Source: a virus
Taxonomy: Duplodnaviria > Caudoviricetes
DNA length: 34,424 nucleotides
IMG/VR virus record: IMGVR_UViG_3300032332_000273
Span: 1 to 34,424 of that record
Strand: one strand, 5' to 3'
Both the position numbers and the translations under genes were made by a program. The notes below the pieces were generated by a model. The model saw only the letters and a program-made list of their open reading frames with translations. It made no database searches and had not been told where the DNA came from. Shown piece by piece: positions 17,585 through 25,298 of the stretch. Every line of letters starts with the position of its first letter. Position 1 is the first letter of the stretch.

Positions 17585-17844
17585 GCCATTGGCCCCCGAG
17601 CCATCGTGCCCTTAGTCGCGCAGCCATTACCGCGAGTTTGAATGCCTGCGGTTTTAGTCGTTTTGTCCGGTCCGTTGTTGTACATCCCGACACTCATACG
17701 CATGGTATTGAGACTTCCAAGATCAGATGGTTTGCCGGGATTAGTACTAATTCCAACGGCTTTGCCCGACATGTCGTGGGGTTCTGCGTAAACGGAAGCA
17801 GGGCCGACTTCTTTGCCACCTTGTTTCATGCTGAACTTAGCCAT
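17581..17844 (-). CDS. Small basic Gly/Lys-rich protein (87 aa)
   Basis: Coupled at both ends. Contains MKQGG and C-terminal RGNGCATKG. Confidence 0.75.
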   Translation of the reverse strand: MAKFSMKQGGKEVGPASVYAEPHDMSGKAVGISTNPGKPSDLGSLNTMRMSVGMYNNGPDKTTKTAGIQTRGNGCATKGTMARGPMA

Positions 17845-18008
17845 TATTTCATACCTTGGTTCATTGCACGGGACAGGTTTTTCCCGTACTTCATGCGGTC
17901 GTCCGTGGTGGGACCGCCCGCTTTCATGCGCTTAGCGCCTTTGTGCATTCGCTTCTCATGGGCTTTTACCTCCGTGTCTGCGATAGCTTTAACCATCTTC
18001 TTGTCCAT
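17844..18008 (-). CDS. Small basic protein (54 aa)
   Basis: Below the track cutoff. AGGAG RBS. MDKKMVKAIADTEVKAHEKRMHKGAKRMKAGGPTTDDRMKYGKNLSRAMNQGMK*. TAATG overlap with the next gene. Confidence 0.8.
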   Translation of the reverse strand: MDKKMVKAIADTEVKAHEKRMHKGAKRMKAGGPTTDDRMKYGKNLSRAMNQGMK

Positions 18009-18016
18009 GATGACTC

Positions 18017-18406
18017 CTATGTCGTCACAACCGTAACTGTACCCAATTCCACCTGCAAAACCAAGTTGTTAGGCGTAAGCACAGCATCAAAAAAACTTGC
18101 CCCACCAACTGGATTCCAACCCCACTGAAACACTCGACTACCACCACCCGAGTACCCGTCTGCTAAAAGACCCGATACCTTATACGTGTTGTCCTTACGT
18201 GGATCACGAACTCCTTGCGGATCGTCCACAGGATACATGCCAAGTTGTAACTGCGGGTGATCTGGGTCCCAGCAACTAGGGCAAACAAGAAGATTGTATA
18301 TCTTGGTCTTGATTACTTCTTTCTTGAGTGTGCTCAGTTTGAACCCAAACCCGCACCTATCGCATACGGCAATCGAGTTCTTGCCAGACGAAAACCTGTT
18401 GCCCAT
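18017..18406 (-). CDS. Putative zinc-binding head-completion protein
   Basis: 129 aa with CDRC...CPSC and W.PDHPQL. Sits between two adaptor-like genes. Confidence 0.6.
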   Translation of the reverse strand: MGNRFSSGKNSIAVCDRCGFGFKLSTLKKEVIKTKIYNLLVCPSCWDPDHPQLQLGMYPVDDPQGVRDPRKDNTYKVSGLLADGYSGGGSRVFQWGWNPVGGASFFDAVLTPNNLVLQVELGTVTVVTT

Positions 18407-19339
18407 TTACGGACCATAACCAATAAACATTTGACGCGGCACCAAACGAAGTGCTGCCGATTCACGGTCCTCTTGTGCAGCCATTTCCCAAGCTTCGTCG
18501 TACTGCATCTTCAGTATTTCTAGCCGCTGCATACCGTCCGGCACTTTGAGCGCCACATAGTATGCAAGCCCAGCGGCCATGCAAGGAATAAACCGAAACG
18601 GCACATCCATGACATTGACGCCGCCGCCCGCATCTTGGGTACGGCGCATGCGCCAGTAAACAAACTGATACGTGGTTGTGTTATCTGGCGTTGGCCAGAC
18701 AGTGATTGCCGGGACTTGCTGCCAGTACACTGTGGCGCCTGCTGTATGTGCAGCGGCGGTTGTGTTCTGTTGCGCGCGAAAACAGTTATATAGTGTGGTG
18801 CCGCTGATGTATCCGTAGTTGATGATTTCCGAATCAATCTTTACAAACCCCGCGGCAGGCAGGTTATCAACCGAACTGACTGTGATTGTCGTATCGGTGC
18901 TGGTAATTGTTGTGCTCAACGTGGCGGACACGGGGGAAGTCTGCGCATTATAGCGCTGAATCCAAACCTGAATTGGGCGACCGGGCGTCAGTTTATTTGG
19001 TAGCGTGGCGTATGTTGACACACTGATGCGGGTGATCGTCAGGTCAGACTGATTAGATGCGCTATTGGCGTTCGTGCGGATTACGTGCTCAAGCAAATCA
19101 ACCGTGTCATTAGGCAGCGGGTATGTGTTCTGCCCCGGCACCAAGGTAATCGTGCCTTGCTCAAACGTCCACATGTTAACGCCGCGATTTGCCCAATCAG
19201 CAAACATAAGGTTGAGCGAACGCCTCGCGGTACGAAGATCGTAGCCCGACCGTAACTCCGAGCCAGCACGCTCGAAAGCTTCCTCAACCAGTTCCGTCAA
19301 GTCAAGGTTAAATGATGTTTGGCCAGAAGTGTTTGCCAT
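18407..19339 (-). CDS. Head-tail adaptor/connector-like protein with an inserted beta domain
   Basis: 310 aa. LVEEAFERAG...ARRSLNLM..DWANRG N-terminal helices, VWPTPD, and AGLAYY C-terminal helices. A Thr-rich insert lies at about 18727-18930. Confidence 0.65.
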   Translation of the reverse strand: MANTSGQTSFNLDLTELVEEAFERAGSELRSGYDLRTARRSLNLMFADWANRGVNMWTFEQGTITLVPGQNTYPLPNDTVDLLEHVIRTNANSASNQSDLTITRISVSTYATLPNKLTPGRPIQVWIQRYNAQTSPVSATLSTTITSTDTTITVSSVDNLPAAGFVKIDSEIINYGYISGTTLYNCFRAQQNTTAAAHTAGATVYWQQVPAITVWPTPDNTTTYQFVYWRMRRTQDAGGGVNVMDVPFRFIPCMAAGLAYYVALKVPDGMQRLEILKMQYDEAWEMAAQEDRESAALRLVPRQMFIGYGP

Positions 19340-20124
19340 TATCCGGCTGACCCAAAATCCACAGGGCTATAGTAAGGTTGTTGTTGCTGTGCGGGCTGCT
19401 GCGAATTAGTAACCCCAGTTGTAGATGGTGCTGGGCTAGAAATTTCGCGGCCCCTTTGCAAAAACTGCTGGTTTGCTGCGTTTATTTGCGCTTGCAAATT
19501 TTGCTGCGGCTGCTGTGGGTATGCGTTCTGCCTATTAAACAAGCCCCCCAATCCGCCATACATTTGGTATGGGTTGGGCGGTGGTGATGGTTGCCTGCCG
19601 TACCGTTGCGGCATGTCCATCGTCATTCCGCGTGGCTGCTGTTGCTGATAGTAGCCCTGCGAATGAATACTCATCACGTCTTGCATACGCTGCTGCTCTG
19701 GCGTCATTTGACGCTGCGGCATATACGGTTTTTGCATGTTTGGGTTGCGTTGGTACGTCTCTGGGTTGAACTCTTCGGCAACATTTGGGCCGAACTGCCG
19801 CTGCATAAAGTCACCAATACCGATATTCTCTTGTGGTTGTTGTGTTTGTTGCTGTCGCGGTTGGAACGGTGTCTGGAACCCAAACTGGCGCTGGTCTGCT
19901 GGGGAATACGGGTTGTATATCGTCGGGCCGTATGGGTTCTGAAACTGTGGCGTGGGGTTAAATCTCTGCTGACCGCCAAACCCGCCGTAGCCACCCTGCT
20001 GACCACCGAAGCCACCTTGCTGACCGCCGAAGCCACCCTGCTGACCACCGAAGCCGCCTTGCTGACCGCCTTGTGTTGCTTGGCTTGCCGAACCCCCAAA
20101 TCCTGTTCCTGATACGCCGCCCAT
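19339..20124 (-). CDS. Gln/Gly/Pro-rich low-complexity (disordered) protein
   Basis: 261 aa. GAGG RBS, TAATG coupling to the next gene, GGQQGGF repeats. Confidence 0.75.
   Translation of the reverse strand: MGGVSGTGFGGSASQATQGGQQGGFGGQQGGFGGQQGGFGGQQGGYGGFGGQQRFNPTPQFQNPYGPTIYNPYSPADQRQFGFQTPFQPRQQQTQQPQENIGIGDFMQRQFGPNVAEEFNPETYQRNPNMQKPYMPQRQMTPEQQRMQDVMSIHSQGYYQQQQPRGMTMDMPQRYGRQPSPPPNPYQMYGGLGGLFNRQNAYPQQPQQNLQAQINAANQQFLQRGREISSPAPSTTGVTNSQQPAQQQQPYYSPVDFGSAG
19966..20070 (-). repeat. 21-nt coding repeat (GGQQGG[FY]) x4 plus a partial copy
   Basis: gctgacc[ag]cc recurs at 21-nt spacing with synonymous variation. Confidence 0.85.
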
Positions 20125-20136
20125 TAGTTCCTCGCC

Positions 20137-20370
20137 TTATCTAAATTTAGCGGTTTTCTTAGCTACAGACTTTGGCTGCGCCACAAACTGTTTGCCTGCT
20201 GCTTTGCCCGCACGCTTGGCTTTGGTCGTCGCAGCATACTCAGACGGGCTAAGACTTGCAATCGCCTTCTCAGGCAGATACCGCTCTCCAGTTTTACTGG
20301 ATGGCTTACCACTCTTGGTGCGCCACTTCTGATCGCCCCAGTCTTTAAGGGATTGCTGTGGGGGCTTCAA
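20137..20370 (-). CDS. Small basic protein, DUF5872-like (second half)
   Basis: 77 aa, TTG start overlapping the upstream TGA. Motifs QSLKDW..QKWRT and ERYLPEKA..SLS..EYAAT..AKR....GKQFV. The family name is from memory. Confidence 0.65.
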   Translation of the reverse strand: MKPPQQSLKDWGDQKWRTKSGKPSSKTGERYLPEKAIASLSPSEYAATTKAKRAGKAAGKQFVAQPKSVAKKTAKFR

Positions 20371-20642
20371 TCTCGATACCCGCCGCCAGCAGCCTTGTAC
20401 TTCTTAGCAACAAGCTGTGCTTTACGGGCGGACCATTGACCTGCACCCGTGCCTTGCGTTGCTGCCGCCTTTACCTGAGACACAATCCGTTTACGCAGAC
20501 TGGGCTTTGTGTAGTTACCTGCTGCATTAACTTTGCCGCCTTCTTTATACTCGTCAAAATTCGTGTCGTCGCGGCGCGCTTTGCGCTTTGCACCCGGCAT
20601 CTTCTTGGGGTTGATGTCCCCCATACCGCGACTAACTCTCAT
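20367..20642 (-). CDS. Small basic protein, DUF5872-like (first half)
   Basis: 91 aa. NYTKPSLRKRI...GQWSARKAQL.AKKYK.AGGGY, preceded by YKEGG. Confidence 0.7.
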   Translation of the reverse strand: MRVSRGMGDINPKKMPGAKRKARRDDTNFDEYKEGGKVNAAGNYTKPSLRKRIVSQVKAAATQGTGAGQWSARKAQLVAKKYKAAGGGYRD

Positions 20643-21091
20643 ACAAACCGACCTTTGGTTTTGCCTTTAGTGGCACAACCATCTGCACGCGAAGAAGCTG
20701 AAGATACAGAGCCGCCTTTTTTGAAGCCCAACTTGTCTTTGATAAACTTGCGCGCGCCTTCCCGGTTAGCAGCACGTTCTTCTTTATTGGGGCGCCCCAA
20801 ATATTTTTCCGCAAAAGACTGTTCTTCTTTTGGCTTTTCTTCTCGTACGGGCAACTCGGCGTACCCTTGGCGCAGTGATTCAGCCATATCGGGCGATTGC
20901 ATGCCTGCCGAAGCTTTGGTGTAGTCTTTTGGCTCCCTTGTAGACGGAGGCGCAGGCATACGTCCCGGTTTATATTCAGGAGCCTCGCCACCCTTGCGAG
21001 TAAGCCCGCGCTTGGCGTTCAAGTAGTCCCGAAGATTTGTGTAGTCTGAAGCTTCAAGCTCAGCTTTGCTGACAAATTCTTTCTTAGCCAT
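20639..21091 (-). CDS. Lys-rich hypothetical protein
   Basis: 150 aa ending FKKGGSVSSASSRADGCATKGKTKGRFV. Confidence 0.75.
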   Translation of the reverse strand: MAKKEFVSKAELEASDYTNLRDYLNAKRGLTRKGGEAPEYKPGRMPAPPSTREPKDYTKASAGMQSPDMAESLRQGYAELPVREEKPKEEQSFAEKYLGRPNKEERAANREGARKFIKDKLGFKKGGSVSSASSRADGCATKGKTKGRFV

Positions 21092-21093
21092 GA

Positions 21094-21465
21094 TTAGCAG
21101 GCGCCGCCGCTTTTGAGCATTTTACCTTTGGTCTTGCCTTTCTGTGCAATACCGTCCGCGCGTGAAGAAGCAGATCCGCCAGCAGCCATTTTCTTGACGC
21201 CGCCACCTTTCTTCATGCCCATCATCTCGGCTTTCTCGTGCTTAACCATAGCGGCAGGAGCACCCTTCTTTTTCATGAAGGCTACTTCTTTGCCAACCAT
21301 TTTCTTTGACTCAGCCATATCACCACCTTTTGAAAATTTACGACCCTTATCCGCCGCTGAAAAGTCCTTGCCCACGGACTGGGATACACCAACTTTTTTG
21401 GCAAAGCTGGGGCTGTGGGCTACAGCCTCCATGAAATTGTGCTGCTTTTTTGATGTACTAGGCAT
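21094..21465 (-). CDS. Lys/Met/Gly-rich hypothetical protein
   Basis: Likely start MPSTSKKQHNFM at 21465, overlapping the upstream stop. Four hydrophobic-x-x-GG motifs and SASSRADGIAQKGKTKG. Confidence 0.75.
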   Translation of the reverse strand: MPSTSKKQHNFMEAVAHSPSFAKKVGVSQSVGKDFSAADKGRKFSKGGDMAESKKMVGKEVAFMKKKGAPAAMVKHEKAEMMGMKKGGGVKKMAAGGSASSRADGIAQKGKTKGKMLKSGGAC

Positions 21466-21700
21466 GTTTTTCCATAAGCCGATCAATCTTACTTTCAAGA
21501 CGATCAAGGCGGTCAAAGATGCGGTTAATGTCCGCGTCCAACTGTGACTTGGTTACGTAATCTTTAGCCACTTCTTCGCGGGTCTTGTTGATCAATACTT
21601 GAAGGCGCTTTAACTCGTCGAAGACGCTCTTGAGGACGAACCCAACAACGCTGACACTTATCGAAAGTACAGCGTTCCAGATCGTGTGTTCCATATCCAC
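21458..21700 (-). CDS. Small membrane-anchored coiled-coil protein
   Basis: 80 aa. N-terminal hydrophobic helix (IWNAVLSISVSVVGFVL), then YVTK...IFDRLDRLESKIDRL. Confidence 0.65.
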   Translation of the reverse strand: MDMEHTIWNAVLSISVSVVGFVLKSVFDELKRLQVLINKTREEVAKDYVTKSQLDADINRIFDRLDRLESKIDRLMEKHA

Positions 21701-21701
21701 C

Positions 21702-21959
21702 TCAACACTTCCACGCCCGAAGGCTTTTGTTAATCCGGGAGTCGGGGTCGTTGGCTGTTTTCGCTGAAGTAAGTTTCGATTTCATACCGCTCATTCTGGC
21801 ACAAAAGCTCTTCTTTCTCCCTGCGTCTTCTTTCGTTTTTGGTTTCGGGGCGGGAGGCTTTAAGTTCATCCCTTGTGATTTGGCGGACGCACGTCCCTTC
21901 GCGTTTAGACCCCCCTTGGGGTCTTTGCCTTCTGCTTTTTGCCAAGCTGGAGTTCCCAT
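21702..21959 (-). CDS. Small basic protein, DUF6321-like
   Basis: 85 aa. GGLNAKGR...NLKPP...RKKSFCARM...SRINKSLRAWKC. The family name is from memory. Confidence 0.7.
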   Translation of the reverse strand: MGTPAWQKAEGKDPKGGLNAKGRASAKSQGMNLKPPAPKPKTKEDAGRKKSFCARMSGMKSKLTSAKTANDPDSRINKSLRAWKC

Positions 21960-21961
21960 GA

Positions 21962-24637
21962 TTATGCCTGTGCTTCTTTCCAGTTTAAACGAGCAAGAAT
22001 GGTTCCCGCTGTTCCTGTTCCGGTAACCACTACATAAAGAATATCAGGGCCATCTGGATAGTATCCAGTCGTAGTGGTTGGAACCGTATTGCTAGTCCCA
22101 CCACCAAGGATAGAGTTACCCAAGTCACGAACACCAGAAAGATCAAGAGTGTTTACGCCATTTGAAAACAAAGCAGTAACCGATTCTCCTCCGCTAATTG
22201 TAGCGCCAGAAGCCGTGTTTTGTGCCACTTGAGCAAGAGACGAACTGACTGTATTACCTTGTGTTGGCGAGGCAAACGCTGTCCACGTTCCACCCGAAGT
22301 CAAACCATTTAGAACCAAGTTAATCAAGCACGGCTGGGTAGAAATCAATCCAAGCTCAACCAACTGCAACTGCATACGGTTGATAATTTCTTGTTGACCA
22401 AGAGTCCCAACTAAACCGTTAGATACAGACGGCGCAATACGGATTGCCAAAACTGGCACAGTTGCGGTTGCACCAAAACTAAGAACAGCAACAGTCCCGT
22501 AGTTAAAGACCAACGATTTGTCATCGTTGAACAACCCGTCCATGATGATCGACGATCCCCAATGAGACAAAGAAGGAGTCGTGTCGGGCGTTACAAGTTC
22601 AATAGCCGTTGGGGCGGTTGCACTTAATGTAAATGTAGTCGCCGCTGCACCACCAGTCACACCTCTGGTCAAACCCGTCAAAACATTGTTAGTGTTTCCT
22701 GTGTAAGAAATATATTCAACAGCCGAGCCATCCTGAAGCTTTACCGTACCAGATGGAGGGAACAGCGTGGAATTCAGCACGGACATTGACGTTACATTGC
22801 TTGACAACAACGTAGCCGTCAGCGTCGTAAACGGGCCATCAGATGTAGATTCATATCGCGCACACATGTTACCGGAACGCATGTACGCTTCAAACTGACG
22901 GTTGTTGTTTACGATCTGAGTGACGTAATTAATAACGCCATTAGTGGTACGAATACCAAATCGAACAACCCCGGCACCATACCAAGAGTAGTCAATAAAC
23001 CACATCTGCATCCGAGTCAGATCAAGGTTATACCCTGAAGGACCAGTACCGTTTAACGGATCAGTCCAGACCGACTGTGGAATGCGAGTTTCAATAGTCT
23101 TTGAAATAACACAACTAGCGGGGCTAGCAATTGTTGTTCCCCTGTACTCCGGGGAAATAGTCAGTGATGTATTAGAAGCAATACCTGTCACACGGTATGT
23201 CTGGCCCCGAATAACAATGTTATCGTTTGGAGCAAGCTGACTGGCAAATTGCGATCCCGTTCCAGTTACAGTAGTGCTTCCGTTTGTTACTTCAACAGTA
23301 CCGTTAATCTGGTTAATGCTGTTACGCAATACCGCGTACAACGTCTGCCCGTCGTACTCAAAAAAGAATCCGTTTTGGCTGTCAAACAACCCAATTCTGT
23401 TTGCTGCCCCATACCAAGAAAATGGTGAGATTCGGTAAAATCCAGTTGCAGGACTTACAACAGGTGCAGACGATACAGTATATGTAAACGCTGTAGGAGA
23501 ATTGATAGCCGTAACAGTGTAAATACCGTTGTATTGACCTTGATCAACTCCAGAAACCTGAATCCGCGATGTCGCAGTTAAGTTGTGCTGAAACCGCGTA
23601 GTTACCGTAATCGTTGTTCCAGAAGCGGTCATTGACGTTACAAACAACGCTGGCTTTAACGAAGTACCAGTAGAAAACTGAATACTCTTACCAGACTGAT
23701 AGCGGAAATATCTACGAGTCTGACGAATAAGCTGTTGGTTTGGAACTCCACCACCAGCAGTAAACGCTACGCCACCGTCAAACGTGCGAGGCTCAACATA
23801 ACCTGACGGGCGAGCAAAAAGGTTTACTTGCCCAGCAGTATTAACAATTCCTACTGTTGGAGCTTGCGTGGATGGAACATAGAATCTAAACGTCGTAGGG
23901 GTTTGTACGTCATAAACTTGCCACGCACCATTTGGCGCAGGAGTTCCACCAGTCAACCCTTTGACGTAAATTAACGAACCAGAATTCAACCCATGCGCGG
24001 AAGTTGTAGTTACGCTAATAAGATTAGATACGTTTGTAAACGCAGATGTGCCCGTCAGTCCAATTGCGCATCCAGAAAAATAGTACCCTTTGTATATTAC
24101 GGTAATTGAGGAGTTGTTTTGATTTGAACTGGGAATAGTGTTAAACGTACTAACTGCAATCCCCGGACTAATCCCTCCACCAGACTGTATTACAGCCGTG
24201 TAAGCCCCGGTAGTTCCGCCAACAGAAACAACGTGCCCCCACCCATTAGCAGATGGGCTGTTTGAATTCTGAATAAAAATCGGATCGTCAACCGCCATAG
24301 GGTTAGCGGCAGCAACAGTCGCAATTGTAAGCGTCATGCGCCCATCAGCGTTTCCAGAACCTATCAGCGAAGTGACAGGAAACGGCGATTGAGGAATGTA
24401 GTAAACACTTTGACGGTTTGCCTGCAGGCTAACAGACTCCCATTTGGTGGGCTGGGTGCCATACTCAAAGTCGGTATCAATCAACGCTTGCGGCGTTGAG
24501 ACGCGCAGTTTACCTACGGCATCTTGACTCCCCGGAGAAGGGGCGGTATACGGCACAGAAGCGCCAGATACGTTGGTTCCCTGAATGGGAATTGATTTGT
24601 TGCTGACGCTATCTACAGCGGTCCATCCACCAGACAT
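21962..24637 (-). CDS. Large beta-rich virion decoration / spike-like protein (891 aa)
   Basis: AAGGAG RBS. Thr/Ser/Gly-rich, with repeated small beta domains (ISVTTTSAHGL..G, TITVTTRFQHNL...NG.YTV) inserted into a lectin-like core (RQTRRYFRYQSGK, RIGLFD..NGFFFE, IDYSWYGAG.VRFG). Confidence 0.6.
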   Translation of the reverse strand: MSGGWTAVDSVSNKSIPIQGTNVSGASVPYTAPSPGSQDAVGKLRVSTPQALIDTDFEYGTQPTKWESVSLQANRQSVYYIPQSPFPVTSLIGSGNADGRMTLTIATVAAANPMAVDDPIFIQNSNSPSANGWGHVVSVGGTTGAYTAVIQSGGGISPGIAVSTFNTIPSSNQNNSSITVIYKGYYFSGCAIGLTGTSAFTNVSNLISVTTTSAHGLNSGSLIYVKGLTGGTPAPNGAWQVYDVQTPTTFRFYVPSTQAPTVGIVNTAGQVNLFARPSGYVEPRTFDGGVAFTAGGGVPNQQLIRQTRRYFRYQSGKSIQFSTGTSLKPALFVTSMTASGTTITVTTRFQHNLTATSRIQVSGVDQGQYNGIYTVTAINSPTAFTYTVSSAPVVSPATGFYRISPFSWYGAANRIGLFDSQNGFFFEYDGQTLYAVLRNSINQINGTVEVTNGSTTVTGTGSQFASQLAPNDNIVIRGQTYRVTGIASNTSLTISPEYRGTTIASPASCVISKTIETRIPQSVWTDPLNGTGPSGYNLDLTRMQMWFIDYSWYGAGVVRFGIRTTNGVINYVTQIVNNNRQFEAYMRSGNMCARYESTSDGPFTTLTATLLSSNVTSMSVLNSTLFPPSGTVKLQDGSAVEYISYTGNTNNVLTGLTRGVTGGAAATTFTLSATAPTAIELVTPDTTPSLSHWGSSIIMDGLFNDDKSLVFNYGTVAVLSFGATATVPVLAIRIAPSVSNGLVGTLGQQEIINRMQLQLVELGLISTQPCLINLVLNGLTSGGTWTAFASPTQGNTVSSSLAQVAQNTASGATISGGESVTALFSNGVNTLDLSGVRDLGNSILGGGTSNTVPTTTTGYYPDGPDILYVVVTGTGTAGTILARLNWKEAQA

Positions 24638-24651
24638 GGTGACTCCTTACT

Positions 24652-24667
24652 GGGGGCCGAAGCCCCC
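24652..24667 (-). other. cUUCGg tetraloop hairpin without a U-tract
   Basis: Minus strand GGGGGC-TTCG-GCCCCC, immediately followed by AGTAAGGAG, the RBS of the 891-aa gene. Confidence 0.65.
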
Positions 24668-24673
24668 GTCAAA

Positions 24674-25192
24674 TTAGTTCTGTGTGCTGGTCGGATACAT
24701 TACGCCATCCGAACCACGGACGATGTACTGGCAGGTAATAACCACAGAACCAGCCGTTGGATTCCCAGTTGCTGCCGTAAATGTGGCAAACATCGGAATA
24801 TCAACCGTGCCAATGTTATTAGTAGCTGACGACACCAAAGCAGCGGCAATCGTCGTTGGAGCCGTCTGCGCAGTCGTAAGACCAATATCAAACGTAGTCA
24901 GGTAAGCGTTTGCCGTTCCCGAGTTTCCGACCGTAATGTTAACCGCCGATACCGAGTTACCGGAAATGGTCGCCAGCTTCTCAATCTGAAAGCTAAGAAT
25001 TTTAGCGCCAGCCGGAATGGTGAACAGTGATTGAGCAACTGGACTGGAAGTCAGTGCATTGCCAGACATTGCGATGGTTGCAGTTTGGGCAACAATGGTT
25101 GCGCCCATGTTCTGAATCGTACCAGCAGTTGTGCCGGTGGTGTATTTAACCGTGCCAAGCAGCCAAGGGCCAAGGTGGGAAGCGAAACCCAT
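24674..25192 (-). CDS. Capsid-associated virion protein (172 aa)
   Basis: GAGG RBS. Beta-rich (FTIPAGAKIL, TAGSVVITCQY). First gene after the capsid terminator. Confidence 0.55.
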   Translation of the reverse strand: MGFASHLGPWLLGTVKYTTGTTAGTIQNMGATIVAQTATIAMSGNALTSSPVAQSLFTIPAGAKILSFQIEKLATISGNSVSAVNITVGNSGTANAYLTTFDIGLTTAQTAPTTIAAALVSSATNNIGTVDIPMFATFTAATGNPTAGSVVITCQYIVRGSDGVMYPTSTQN

Positions 25193-25212
25193 AATAAAAT
25201 CCTCAAATCAAA

Positions 25213-25270
25213 ACTTGCTATCTCTTGAGGGAAGTCTGCCTAGTCAGTTAGCAAGTCGGGTGGTCTAGGT
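25213..25270 (-). ncRNA. Candidate structured RNA (pseudoknot), Mu-gpT-DE-like motif
   Basis: Interleaved complementary pairs: CCTAG (25269-25265) with CTAGG (25243-25239), and ACTTGCTA (25256-25249) with TAGCAAGT (25220-25213). Located immediately downstream of a gpT-like capsid gene. Confidence 0.6.
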
Positions 25271-25277
25271 ATGAGTC

Positions 25278-25286
25278 TTTATACCA
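25278..25286 (-). promoter_or_regulatory. Candidate extended -10 promoter (TGG-TATAAA)
   Basis: Lies between the capsid terminator and the structured element. It predicts a start at about 25270, which is the 5' edge of the pseudoknot. Confidence 0.55.
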
Positions 25287-25298
25287 CATACTGCAAAT

